A DNA stretch of 63,900 nt, filler included, from Folioceros fuciformis (GCA_049999805.1; 12 parts of 12 records of this genome joined end to end with filler, not necessarily neighbours in it), one strand, 5' to 3'. Shown: positions 50,807-63,565, numbered from the whole stretch's first letter. Translations and numbers: made by a program. The notes: generated by a model not told the origin, from the letters alone.

Positions 50807-51075
50807 AGAACGAAGGATATGGATTGGGCATGAGCAGGCTTAGTATCTGAGACGACGTCGCTTGATGTCGGCCAGCGAGGGAAGCTATGGCAAATAGCCT
50901 TAAAAAGGATCCAGGGACATCCTATTAGTGGTAACTTTCAGGCTTCTGTCAACGCATTCAGACTGGGCAGCGTTGGCTTCGGTGGAGACTAAGTGAATTG
51001 TGGACGTAAGCGATAGGCAACCAGCGATGGCCACCAGCAACAAGTCGGAAGCTCTTGCTGTTGGCTACTTTAGAA
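50803..51075 (+). pseudogene. Eroded DYW deaminase domain downstream of the PPR stop
   Basis: A shifted frame gives MKNEGY, followed by decayed matches to HSEKLAIA (~50870), PGT (~50911) and SxxHxxxxGxxxC (~51022-51062), at about the spacing of a DYW domain. Confidence 0.6.
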
Positions 51076-52305
51076 GATTAGTGGTTGACAATCATTCGAG
51101 CGCAGAGTTTGTGAAACGGAGCCAATCGTCATTAGAGAGAGGAGCGCTGCAATCCAAAATTTGCCTCACTGTCACAGCACCATCTCCAGACTCAGAGCGA
51201 CGTGTACCCGCAGACTGGAAACGAGCGTTCATGCTACCCTTGGCATTCTTCAAATGTGCGATCTCTGAGAGAAGCCCACGCAAACAGCAATAGCACTAAC
51301 GTCGCAAGACACAAATTGATATTAGTCGTTCCAGCGACAGGGAAGCAGAAACCTTTCACTCGCTGTGAACCATCCATCGTCTCTGCCTCTATTGAAAAAG
51401 AAACCAGGGTGCAATCGTTTGAGATGCAGGCTGGAACATGTTGGTTTATTGAGTTGTCAGGAGAACGACCTGGATAGGGTGGGAGTTTGAAGGGAACTGT
51501 TTCCCCACAGTCATTCCACAAGAGGAGGTCGTTAGCTAGGGTTTAAGGGGTCGGATGCCGAGATCTCTTCCAGGAGGAATAAGATCAGGGACAGAGGGAC
51601 CCTCGTGCATGCTTTGGTGCAGAAGTGGCAGCACTGCGAGCCAGCCATCGACAGACAAGACGGACTACACAATATCGCATTGACACCTCCTGGAATCTAC
51701 GGAGACGCCAGTGACTGCGCGCTGGGCCCAGGTATGTACGTTTCACAGCTCTGTACTCCTGACAAGGCTCGAATTTAGATGATGAGGTCATCGGGCCCGG
51801 CGGTTTCGGGGAGGCGGCGAGCTTGCACCACACTGGCGGTGAATTATAGTCGTCGAGACAAGGTTTGTTGACAAGTTGTCTGTGTTAAAATGGCATTCCC
51901 ATGGACACATGCAACTTCCGGAGCTTCACCGGATCCAACACAGCTCTCCGGTCGAGAGGCGAGACAAGCCTTGGCAAGTCTCATCATTTGGAAGCTCCAT
52001 CACCGCACAGGCGTGCCCGTTTTCTCAGGCCAAAACATTCTACTGACAACCATTCACCGGCACCCCTCCGTTAAAGCTGGCAACAACCAGAGAGTGACGC
52101 CAGCGCCTTCAAAACCCCTTCCCTGCAGCAGCGGCAGAAACAAGCGGCGTTAGAAATGAGAGGAAATAATGGCGGCACTTCAGCTAGGCCATCCACGAAG
52201 TAATGGTGACCTACTTTGCTCAAACCGTCATCCTTGCCAACTGCCGCACATTGGCCGAAAGCGATTATCGTGTCAAGAGGCAATCACGAGCCCGGAGAAC
52301 TGCTG

Positions 52306-54210
52306 CTAAACGGCGCCCCAGAAAGTCCTTGACCTCCTCGCCAGCAGCTCATTCCAAGTGTCGCAGAACGCCCTCTTGATGAGGGCATATTGGCGAGGCG
52401 AGTTGAGCGAGAGATAGCAGTGCAAGAGCTCCTCCAAATCATCAGACTGATGTATATCCTTTTCCAGTATCATCTCCAACATGGAATGCCGGAAGTCCGC
52501 GTAAGGATCCTGCGAGTACTTCACCATGGCCACGCTCTCCCTCACAACCCCGGATATATCAGAAGGCAACAAGCAGGACAGGTTTGCTCTGCCCTGTTTC
52601 TGCTTCACCTCGAAGGCCCGGCTCTTGGCCGCCTTTCTGTTGGATTCAAGGTCACCCCTCCACCCTACCTTGTGATCAGCATCGTAGTCATCGTACTGGT
52701 AATGGTACGCCTCCTCTCGCCTCCCTGGACTTCCAACGGTCCGTCTAGTCGGAGATTCAAGCTCCCTCCTGCTGGGACTCCCCATCTCCCTTCTGGAGGG
52801 AGTCTTCACAGTATCCATCTCTGTTCTCCCGGGCGTCCAAATGGGCGGCAACCCCAGCTCCTTCCGGCCTGGCGTTCCTCTACCAGGCGTGCCCATCTCT
52901 CTCCTCCCGGGCGTCCCCCACTCCCTCTCCGGCGACGCACCGGACGATTCCCCGCTTGTCGCCCACCCATCATCTTCCAAATAGGAGGAGCCCTCTGGAT
53001 CCGACTCCTCCTCCCCCTCCGCCTCGGCATCAGCTTGCGCCGCCTGGGCTCGGAATTGGCTTAGAGCCCTGAGCTTCCCAAACAGATCGGACCCCCACGA
53101 GCCACGCAATTCACTCCCATCCGACACCCTGCTGCTGCTATCCCAAACCTCCTCCCGCTCCCTCGCAGAATACTTGGATCTAGAAACGGCATCAGCAGCG
53201 CCCGCGCCAGCTGCGGCATTGTCCCACCCATCTTCGCTCCCGGTGACAGAAGCCAACGCGGAGCGCGACTGCCTGCTCCCCCTGCTCCCATTCTCCCACC
53301 CATCATCACTGCTCCGCACATCCACACGCTCCCCGGCCGGCTCCCAACCATCCTCGCTGGTGCAGAAAGAGGGCCTGCCATCCACAGACGCTTCCGGCTG
53401 CCCCGTACCCACGGAATCCGTCTCGAAATCCACAGACGGGGACTGCGAGTGCTTGTAGTGCCGTTCAGACGTCCAATTGGGTCGAGGCAGGTCGGAAGCC
53501 GATCTCCTCCTCATCGTCGCCCTTCCTCCTCCACCCGCACTCCCGCCTGCCGTCAGGGCGTAAGGCCCTTGGTGCCGCTGCTGCTGGTTATCGGACGCGA
53601 CCGAGGCGGAATCATCCGACACCAGAACCCTGGTCTTGGCCTTCAGCTCGGCTGTGGCTCGCAGAGCCCTCGCCGCCAGCTCCTTGTGCCTGGGGATCTT
53701 CGACCGCTTGAGAGAGCTCTTGAGCAGCGCCATGGTGGCCCGATCCAGGTCCCGCACCACGTGCGCCCGCTTCTCTTCCCGCTCCCGATCCCGTCGTCCC
53801 GACACTTGCTCGACCTGCGATATCTCGCTCTGCCGCTGCTCCACCTCCTGCTCTTCCTCCTGCTCCTGCTCCTGCTCTTGCTCTTGCTCCGGCTCCGATT
53901 CCCCCTTGCGCTGCGACAGGGCGTAGAGAGCGTCGATGCTCCGTGACAACTGGTGGCCGCTGGTGGGCGGCCCCCCGTCCCCATCCGATCTGCTGGATTC
54001 CGCCCGCGCCTTGGCCCGCCGCAGGCTTAACGAGCGGGCCAGCTCCGGCGCGTCCCGGCTCTTCCTGCTGAAGGCGGAGCCCGGGGACTCGTCCCCGCTC
54101 CCTTGCGAAATTTGCGACGGCGGCGACTCGCTTCCCTTCTGCACCTTGAGCACGTCCCCCACCTGCTTCAGCCTGGAGAGCCAAGCAGGCCGGATTTTGT
54201 TCCTCCCCAT
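52306..54210 (-). CDS. OFP: OVATE family protein (634 aa, single exon)
   Basis: C-terminal OVATE domain ESVAMVKYSQDPYADFRHSMLEMI..LEELLHCYLSLNS..LIKRAFCDTW, N-terminal PAWLSRLKQ motif and a long low-complexity middle. Confidence 0.93.
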   Translation of the reverse strand: MGRNKIRPAWLSRLKQVGDVLKVQKGSESPPSQISQGSGDESPGSAFSRKSRDAPELARSLSLRRAKARAESSRSDGDGGPPTSGHQLSRSIDALYALSQRKGESEPEQEQEQEQEQEEEQEVEQRQSEISQVEQVSGRRDREREEKRAHVVRDLDRATMALLKSSLKRSKIPRHKELAARALRATAELKAKTRVLVSDDSASVASDNQQQRHQGPYALTAGGSAGGGGRATMRRRSASDLPRPNWTSERHYKHSQSPSVDFETDSVGTGQPEASVDGRPSFCTSEDGWEPAGERVDVRSSDDGWENGSRGSRQSRSALASVTGSEDGWDNAAAGAGAADAVSRSKYSAREREEVWDSSSRVSDGSELRGSWGSDLFGKLRALSQFRAQAAQADAEAEGEEESDPEGSSYLEDDGWATSGESSGASPEREWGTPGRREMGTPGRGTPGRKELGLPPIWTPGRTEMDTVKTPSRREMGSPSRRELESPTRRTVGSPGRREEAYHYQYDDYDADHKVGWRGDLESNRKAAKSRAFEVKQKQGRANLSCLLPSDISGVVRESVAMVKYSQDPYADFRHSMLEMILEKDIHQSDDLEELLHCYLSLNSPRQYALIKRAFCDTWNELLARRSRTFWGAV

Positions 54211-54420
54211 CCCCGCCTACCACCCACCACCCCTCTTCCCGCTACCTCCGATCCCTGCCGACCTCCGTCCCACACATTTGCTGCTCCCCTCCCTCTCTCC
54301 TTCCTTCACTTCCTTCGCTTNNNNNNNNNNNNNNNNNNNNNNNNNNNNNNNNNNNNNNNNNNNNTTAATTAATTAANNNNNNNNNNNNNNNNNNNNNNNN
54401 NNNNNNNNNNNNNNNNNNNN

Positions 54421-55330
54421 TTTCACCTCCTTTTCTAGGGAAGGGTTGAGGAGTCTCTAGGCCTTCCTCCTAGAAAAGGAATATGGCCAGGCATTAAGAG
54501 CCCTTCTTTCGGACTCATCCATCCCTAGGTCTTATCGCGCTCGTATTCGCTCTTGCTCAGGTAAAGGAGCAGGCTCTTGGCTTTTGGCTCAACCTTGCAT
54601 CTAGACATTTCGAATCGCACCAACAACTTTTGCTAGCGCAATGAAATTTCGCTTAGGTTTGGCCCAGCCCTTGGCTTTTTCTTTCTCTACGTGCAGTTGT
54701 GGGGTTATCGTTATCGATACAAGGTCCCATGTGGCATGTTGTCCTGTTGGGGCATCGTAGTGCCACCTAAGATGTAGTTCGAGATGTCATGCTCTCCATG
54801 GCTATGGAGTGTGGGTGTCTTCCATATAGGGAGTGTCCATATACTTTGCACAATGGAATGTCAATTAGAGCTGATTTTTTTCACTAAGGGGGAACATGTT
54901 TGTGTCGCTGATGTAGTTGTTGTGGATCCTTAGTGGTTACGAATCTCACTAGGGATTCGATTAGTGAGCATGTTATCATCAACTCCCATGGTTGGGTGGC
55001 GGAGGGTTGTGCAAGTACCAAATTCCATAAGTATTCTCCTCTACAAGACGGGCATACTTTCATCCCTTTGCTCTTGAGCGTTATGGGGCTATGGACAAGG
55101 ACTTTTCAAGGTTTATCAAGGAGTGCACCAAGGTTTATGAAAATCATAGAAATGGTGTTCTCCCTCTTTTCTGTGTGGTGGCCTTCTTTCAACAACGCGT
55201 ATCTATTGCATTGCAAACAGTATGGGCCAACGCGGTTTTTAGGATAACAACAAGCGCAAATCAAGCGCCTTCTTCGGCACTTGTGGTAGGTAGACCTTTT
55301 GCTATTCCACATCATGACGTTTTAGGAGCA
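54421..55330 (+). mobile_element. Degraded non-LTR retrotransposon 3' end with zinc knuckle and restriction-like endonuclease (CRE-like)
   Basis: RIRSCSGKGAGSWLLAQP..FASAMKFRLGL..CSCG..H..C, then IRAD..VADVVVVDP..KFHKY..FIP, with stops and frameshifts. Confidence 0.75.
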
Positions 55331-56199
55331 GTAGGCACGTTTAAAGAATGATACTCGAAGAGGCGAGTGTTGTGAAATTCTGCTAAAAAAATGCATTTTA
55401 GATAGTCGCTGCAAAATGAATAGTTGAATGCAGAATAATGATTAATAGTTAACTAAATTAACTTGAACCAAATTAGGCAAATTGTTGAAGCGCCAACCAT
55501 GGCTACTTGCCCAGCATAAGTATGTGGGCTTACACCACCTGTTTGAGCCAACCTTGGTGATGATCACCTAACGTAGAGCTAAGGAGTGAGCATAAAGAAT
55601 GCAACTACCCGCAGAGTAGCAAACCTAGCATGGCGATGAAGGAAGTTAGTTGTCGAAGTCGCCACTTAGAGGAATTGTAGGATGACCTAAAACCCTTCTT
55701 ACCCGATTGTCTTCAGTAGAAAGCAAGAGTAGTTTTTCCTTCATAAGATCCTGAGCTTAAGGGTGGTGGTGCCATTTCGCAAGTGACTTACCAACTTAGG
55801 GCAGCCCGGCAAGGGCAACCCTTTTTTGCAGTTGTGCAGCCATAAGTGAAGAAAGGAGCCTGGGTAGCATGGACTGAATTTTGTCAATTTTGCCTTTTCG
55901 CTTTAGGTAGCTAGCCATTAGCTCTACAGCTAATGGACTGAATCGAAGCATATGTGACAGCTGATGCTGAGAGCATGTCACGAGTAGCCCTTTTCGCCTT
56001 TGGCCCTGTTCGGGTTATTCCTCCAATCTTTGGAATATATGGAACTTTCCATCTCTTTTTCAATGATAAAAAATACACAATTGAAACACCTTATTAGCTA
56101 ATACTATCTACAAAGGGATACATATCCTCTATCAAAAGAAAGTAACTATAACTATTGAAAGAAAGCAACTATAAAAGAAAGATGAAGGTTAGCCCTAAA

Positions 56200-57100
56200 C
56201 TTAGGCGTGTGATTATCCAAAACGGCCTCAAGCATATGACCTTTGTTAACAAACTTGGTGACAATCTAAATAAGATGTGCATAGTCAAGTAAGAATGTGA
56301 ACAACTTTGTTACTCAGTATAACCCTTGTCCGTGGCTCCATGAGTCTGGATGGTAGAGAGGATGAATTTGTGGCTGCCTTATGTAGGAGAGTATTTATGG
56401 ATTTTTACTATTGTGAAACCTTTTGCTACCCACCTTAAAGTATTAAGAATATTAGGTTTAGAAAGGATGTGGGTAGTCATGTTGAATAAGTAACAATCAT
56501 ACATCTTGCAATAGAAAAGCAATCCCCTAGGTTAAAAATAAGTCGCCTTGAAAGCAAATCCATTAAATAAGGTGTAAAGGCACTCTATGAATGGAAAAAC
56601 CCGCCTTCCTTAGCAATGAAGGACATAACTTCGTGGATAGCATGGTGTGTAACAATATGTTGCCCACCCACTGAATGCTAAGCCAAGTGTGTGCTAGAGT
56701 CATTAAGAAGGGCCACAAAGTAAGTTAAAGAGAAAGTGGTCATGACTAGAGGATGGACCAAGCCCGAGTGAAAACATATTGCAAAGGAGAATGTTGTTGT
56801 TGCAATGCATAATGCCTACAAAGGAAAAAGTTGCTAGTGCAATGCATAATGCCTACATGCTAGGTCGAACCAAAAGCCAAGGTCCAACTTCCATCCCCAT
56901 ATTAGATTGAGCTAAAAGCCTAGTTGTGACTCCCATCCCCAAGAAAGGGTGGAGACTTGCCCAAAAGAGCTTAAGAATAAAAGAATCCTTAAAAAAGGCC
57001 AATTACAGCTATAGGTGATTTTTCCATAGTAAAGATGACTGCTTAGAATAGCTCTTGCTTTAGAGGATAAGAGAACCTCTTTTAAGTCTTAAGAAACTTT
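56200..57100 (-). mobile_element. Second, more degraded copy of the CRE-like element, in inverted orientation
   Basis: GMEVGPWLLVRP.., THLA..VGGQHIVTHHAIHEVM..GG and GWVAKGFTIVKIHKYSP..HKFI..HGATDKG match the plus-strand copy (GWVAEGCASTKFHKYSP..HTFI). Confidence 0.65.
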
Positions 57101-57383
57101 TGAGATAAAAAACCCATCCCCACGCTTGGGATTGAAAGGAGTATATGGGCAAACCCCTCTTCAATGCCGCGATCAAAGCCTTGCGATTATTTAGAATTTT
57201 TTTTCTACTGTTTAAGTTTTAGTATAAATTTATTTTCAGGTCCACTCGATCGATAATATATAGGTATAGATACGAGGTATTACACAGGTGAGTAGTGAAT
57301 GGGGTCCGCCGGCGTTATTGATGGAAATAGTAGGTTACAAATCCACGATGGCTTTCGGAAAGGAAACCTAGGAAACATTGCTC

Positions 57384-60300
57384 ATGGGTCGTTCAGAGGC
57401 TGGGGAGACGCCATGCCTCAGGCAGCATGAGCAGCTGCGATGGGAGCATGTCGACGACAAGCGCGTGGTGGAGAACGTGAAGGTGCTGCTGGGGGCACTC
57501 TCGCGCCTTTCCAGGGATGTTCCACTCGAACCCGCCCTCCTTCATCGTGTCGCTGCCATCGAACGGGAGAGGGAGCGGGAGCAGCAGGCCCTCGCCGACG
57601 CGCACTCGGACGGGGACGGAAAGCAGCAGCCGGATGCCCCCCTCACTCCTGATGTAACTCACTCACACCAGCTGCTGCGCTAATTCTTGCCCTTGTCCAG
57701 CTTGCCCGGCCAATCGGGCAGGTTGGTGTGCGACCGCAGCAGCTGCCGCTGTCTTGTTGCTCGAGTCGGCCTTCAGAGCCAAGCGGGCTTGTGCGACTAC
57801 TGAAAGCCCAGTGTGGGAGGATGATTGTGATGACAACTAGAGTCCCTTCAACAAGGTTCCTCTAATCAACGTTACCTGTTTATGTGTGATAGATTGTGGA
57901 CGAGGACTCCTCGCAAGCTCATGCTGGAGACTGGCTCGTTGCTCCTTCATGTTCCGAGGAAGGTGAGTGCTGAGATTTGTGACGTTGCGTGTAGTTTGTC
58001 GCGGGTTGTACGCGGCTGCGGGGAGTTGGCAGTGGTGGGTAAGAAGTGTAAAGGAGGTGTGCAGGATGTTCATTAGCTTAGGTTGTCGTCGTTTGCAGGT
58101 CAGGATCGTTTGCAGATGCTAAGAGTTTTGGCGTGGCGCAGTTGACTTGCATTACGATGGCGGAGCTGACTCGCGTTACGATGGCACAGAGAGTCACCCG
58201 GTCGGGAGTTTGCGCAAGGAACTCGAAGCGGCTTGGGGATGTATTCGTTCAGATCTTTACTCAGCCAGTTCCCTTAAGGAGGAGCAAGAAGCTCGAAATC
58301 AAAGACTTGTCGCTCGTCGTATCAAGGAACTTCAAGGTGGAGAGGCACGTCCTCATGAGGACTTTCTATAATTTTGTACATCATGTCGATTCTTGTCTTG
58401 GGCGATGCCGTCGGTAGATGTCTTGGAACAGCTTAGGCCCCTTGAATGACTGCGGTCAGTTTGGATTGGCGTGCTCTGCAGAGTTGCCTTCACAAATTGG
58501 TGAAGATGTTAAAAGGGGATGCTGGGTAGAGTTACGAACGCTACAGGTAAGTTGTATACGCGTGGTGTATATACGTCAGCTGTGGTCAGATTTGTTTCTA
58601 CCTGATCTTGGAATTAGACTGTTGTCCTTTATCTTGGTGGCAGCTAGGGCCGATTCAAACAAAGGTACGCACGGAGGTTGGGGCTGAGCTGCGCTGGAAG
58701 GAGCTCTGCAGTACGCCTTCAACTCTTTTTGCATGGGACTCTCAGCGACTGAAGCGAAATATCAGTTCTATTTCTGGGGCACCGGTGGAAGTACCTATGC
58801 TTGCAAATGGTGATGACAGGACAAGGAGGAAGCGGGAAGCTGAGGTATATGAAAGTTAGGTGTTTCTGTCCCTGGTGTGTGAATTTCAGTTCTTGTGTTT
58901 GACACTCTTTGGCTCGCAGAGACAAAGGCGGGTAGATGAAGAAGAGAGAGTGCGAGTGGCCACTCGAAAGAGGAAGTTTTTCAGTGAGCTGTTGAACCTT
59001 TCGCGGGAGTATGGATTTCTAGGGCAATTTGCTGCCAAGCGAAGGAAGCAAAAGAATGATGCCATTCTGGTAATGTTGTGTCTTAAGTGAAATGATTTGC
59101 CACTGTTATTAACCACTAGTTTGGGGTCGATTCCCTTGGTGACACCCGTGATATCTGTCACACAGGCTTGGCATGCAAAGCAAAGAAAGCGTGCGACCCG
59201 GGCAGAAAAACTGAGAGTACAGGCATTGAAAGCAGATGATCAGGAAGCCTACATGCGAATGGTGGAGGAGAGCAAGAATGAACGTCTCACAACGTTGCTT
59301 GCTAAAACTGATGATCTGCTCCAACGGCTGGGTGCCATGGTCCAAAAGCAGAAGCATGCTGAGCCAGAGGATAACTTCAGGAAGGACAAGCATAGATCAG
59401 GGAAGAACGCTAGGGAGCCTGTATCACCGCGGGCTAAAGGCGCAAAAGATAATGTGTTTGATGCTGATAACCCACAAGAACTTGATGTGGGCAAGAAGAG
59501 GGACCTTCTGGAAGGTCAGCGGCAGTACAACTCTGCAGTTCACTCGATTGAGGAGAAGGTATGCTCTGAAGGCTTGGTTAGCTCCTCCCTTGCTGGTGTG
59601 TCATCCAACTGAACTTATGTGCCACGTTTTGGCTCGGTCCCATGCAGGTCACTGTTCAACCTGCGATGCTGGAAGGAGGAGAACTGCGGCCATATCAGCT
59701 TGAGGGTCTACAGTGGATGCTGTCATTGTACAACAACAACTTAAATGGGATACTGGCTGATGAGATGGGGCTAGGCAAAACTATTCAATCAATAGCTCTT
59801 CTGGCTTATCTAATTGAGAACAAGGGCCTGTCAGGACCACATATCATTGTGGCACCCAAAGCTGTTCTTCCAAACTGGGCCAACGAGTTTGCGGCATGGG
59901 TTCCCAGGTGACATCTCGTTGGACCAAGCTAGCTCATTGGCTCTTCGTAGAAATGGTGACCTAAGAATATCCTTGGTTTGCGATGAGTGCAGCCTGACTG
60001 CGGTTGTTTACGATGGAAAGGCAGAGGAACGCAGAGTGATTCGGGAAGAATATCCTGAGGGCACAAATTTCAACGTGTTGATCACCCATTACGATCTTAT
60101 CATGCGTGACAAGGACAAAAAATATCTGAAAAAGATCAAATGGCATTACATGATAGTTGATGAAGGCCAACGTTTGAAGAATTTTGACTGCATTCTATTC
60201 CACACACTTGTGTCAGGGTATGCATGCGTTTGTTGGTGTCTTCTTGAACTGCACTGGTGTTGAGTTATTAATTTTGGTCATATTGATCCAGATATCATGT

Positions 60301-62308
60301 GAGGAGAAGGCTGCTCTTGACAGGAACTCCCATTCAGAATAGCCTTCAAGAGTTATGGTCTCTTCTGAACTTTCTCCTGCCTGCCATATTCAACTCGAGT
60401 GCCAACTTTGAAGACTGGTTTAATGCGCCATTTGCAGACCGATCGGATATGTCTCTTACAGAGGAGGAACAGCTTCTTGTCATACGCCGGTTACACCAGG
60501 TGAATAGTCTTTCTAGATGTTGATTCTCAAGATCTTCTCTGGAGCTGTTGCTTGTTTACTGAGAAATGGAAGGTTTTGATTAGGTTATTCGTCCTTTCCT
60601 ATTGAGACGAAAGAAAGCAGAGGTTGAGAAATTTTTACCTAAGAAGAGTCAGGTCATTTTAAAATGTGATCTATCGACGTGGCAACGCATATACTACCAG
60701 CAAATCATTGACTCTGGGCGGGTTGGTTTGGATTCTGGTAAGATTTCCGCAATGGAATATCAAATAAGTGATATGTACAGATGTCAAGAGGTGGCCCGTC
60801 CCTGCTGGAGTTTGGTCATCTGTTACTGATTTGTAAACTATTGTATCTGGCTTAGATTCGGGAAGGTCAAAAGGGCTGTTAAATACGGCCATGCAATTGA
60901 GGAAGTGCTGCAACCATCCTTTCCTGTTCCTATCTGATTATGACCCCAAACTGCGGGATGAGATTGTTCGATCTTCTGGGAAGTTTGAGCTGTTGGATAG
61001 GTTGCTACCAAAACTGCGAGCCACTGGTCACAGAGTTCTCCTTTTCTCTCAAATGACTCGGTTGATGGATATCCTCGAGGAGTATTTGGAGTGGAATGGT
61101 TACAAGTACATGAGACTGGACGGAATGACTAAAACAGAGGATCGCGGTCCACTGCTGAGCCAGTTTAATGCACCAAACTCGCCTTATTTTATGTTCCTCC
61201 TTAGCACTCGAGCTGGAGGTCTTGGTCTCAACCTGCAAAGTGCCGATACAGTGATACTTTATGACATCGATTGGAACCCTCAGATGGATCAGCAGGCAGA
61301 GGACAGAGCGCATCGCATTGGGCAAAAAAAGGAGGTGCGGGTGTTTGTTTTGATAAGTGCTGGCACAATTGAGGAAGAAATACTGGAGCGTGCGAAATCA
61401 AAAATGGGGATTGATGCGAAAGTCATCCAAGCTGGCCTCTTCAATACTACTTCCACAGGTGAACCACAGCTGTACAACACAGTAGAAGATCTGCATTATT
61501 TACCCTGTTTTCTCCCTCAATTGTCCTCGTGTTGCTTTCTGCAGCTCAAGAGAGGCGAGATATGCTTGAGGAGGTCATGCGGAGGGGAGGTGATGCCTTG
61601 GGTGCGGATGTGCCAAGCGAGAGAGAAATTAATCGCCTTGCTGCTCGATCCGATGAGGAGTTTGAGATCTTTGAAAGAATGGATGCTGAAAGGCGAAAGG
61701 CTGAAGGGTATCGCTCCAGGCTGATGGAAGAGCATGAGGTTCCAGAGTGGGTGTTTTTGCAACCTGACAAGACAAAGTTGGCGCAAGGTATGGATGCTAA
61801 TGTTGATCCAGGGAAGAGGTTGAGGAAGGAAGTACTCTACACTGATGTCCTCAGCGACTCTCAGTGGTTAAAAGCTATAGAAGAAGGGGATGACGTTTCG
61901 GAAGCTGTGAAAGCGCAGCTTACAAAGAGAAAGGAAAATAGAGCGAGGGCATCTGCTGTAGGTGACAGCTATGGCATTGCGAGCCCTGATATTGATGAGT
62001 CTTTGGAATCAATGGAAGCCAATAGGTCCAAGGAAGTAAAATTGAAGAGGAAAAGGCCTGGTGCTCCTGATCCTGAGGAGAATCATGTCAAGAAATTGAA
62101 GATCCACAAGCGAGACACGGGACAGGGACACGGCGTTTCACGTCCGCTGGATGATTCGCCAGAAGAAAGATTGCCCAAGATCTTTCTGAAGAAGGTGAAA
62201 ACAGAAAATTGGCTTGGGTCAAGGAGCAAAAGATCGAAGAAAGGCCCGAACGGGTTTGATGATCAAAGCAACGGTACTGACGACGAGCCTTCAAGTCAGC
62301 TTTCGTGA
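57384..62308 (+). CDS. CHR12: SWI2/SNF2 chromatin-remodelling ATPase, CHR12/CHR23 (MINU) type, multi-exon
   Basis: N-terminal [17 protein letters not shown]-like [92 protein letters not shown] and a SnAC region. No bromodomain. Confidence 0.92.
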
Positions 62309-62559
62309 GCCTGGTGGTAGGGTACATCCTTCGTGAGTCTGCTTGTAGGTTCACCCTCGTGTCATCATTGTTCGGCCGCAGGTTGCCGACGTCATCTGCT
62401 GAGAAGTACATCTTCATCAGTGTCCGTGGCAGGCACGCGGTTATCACTNNNNNNNNNNNNNNNNNNNNNNNNNNNNNNNNNNNNNNNNNNNNTTAATTAA
62501 TTAANNNNNNNNNNNNNNNNNNNNNNNNNNNNNNNNNNNNNNNNNNNNGCCCCCATACA

Positions 62560-63565
62560 ACTCAGCTGATTTCAGGAAACATGCTGCAAATATTACTGAC
62601 CTGCATGTTCCAGAGATCAAGCCGGATCTATACAGTTACACTAAAGCCTTGAATGGACCAGATGGTGAACATTGGCAGGTCTCCATAAATGAAGAGTACA
62701 ATTCGCTAGTCAAAAACCACACTTGGGGGCTTGCAGATCTTCCTCCTGGAAGAAAGCCTATCACCTGTAAATGGGTTTTTAAAACCAAGTTGAAGTCAGA
62801 TGGCACAATTGCCCGTTACAAGTCCAGACTTGTTGCAAGAGGGTTTTCACAAATACCTGGGATAGACTATGGAGATACATTCTCCCCTGTTGTCAAGCCT
62901 CCCTCAGTTCGCATCTTACTTGCTATGGCAGCTGAGTTTGATTTAGAACTGCACCAGATGGACGTCTGTACAGCGTTTCTTCATGGTGACCTCGAAGAGG
63001 TGTTGTTCATGGAACAGCCTGAGGGGTTTGTTGATAAGGAATGTCCGAACAAAGTTTGTAAGCTCTTGAAGACCCTGTATGGCCTTAAGCAAAGTCCCCG
63101 TGCCTGGTACAAGCGTATTATGACATTCCTGAAGAAACATGGCTTTGTTCAATTTACCAGCTAACTCAAACGTTTTTGACCTAGTTTCTGGTAACCTGTT
63201 TGTCATCTTGGCGCTGTACGTTGATGATGCTATCTTGCTGAGCAATAGTACACCTCAGCTTGATCAAGTAAAGGCCCTTTTACGCTCAAAGTTCGAGATG
63301 TCTGATCAGGGCCCCTTACAATACTGTCCAGCCATCCAGATCCTGCGCAACAGGATCTGGAGGGTTCCGCAGGATCCTGCGCAACAGATCCTGCGGAACA
63401 GTCTCGATGCCATCAGCAGTGGGGGAAAAACGTACCAAGGAACAGTCTCCACTTGCCGATGATGACCAGCTTACAATGTCTACTGTGCCATATGCTGAAG
63501 CCGTCGGCTATATCATCTTTCTGGCCAATTAGACACATCCAGACATATCTTACTTTGTTAGTATA
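62560..63565 (+). mobile_element. Ty1/Copia reverse transcriptase fragment, frameshifted
   Basis: YKSRLVARGFSQ, HQMDVCTAFLHG, LYGLKQSPRAWY, LYVDD and VPYAEAVG. Frameshift near 63160. Confidence 0.95.
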
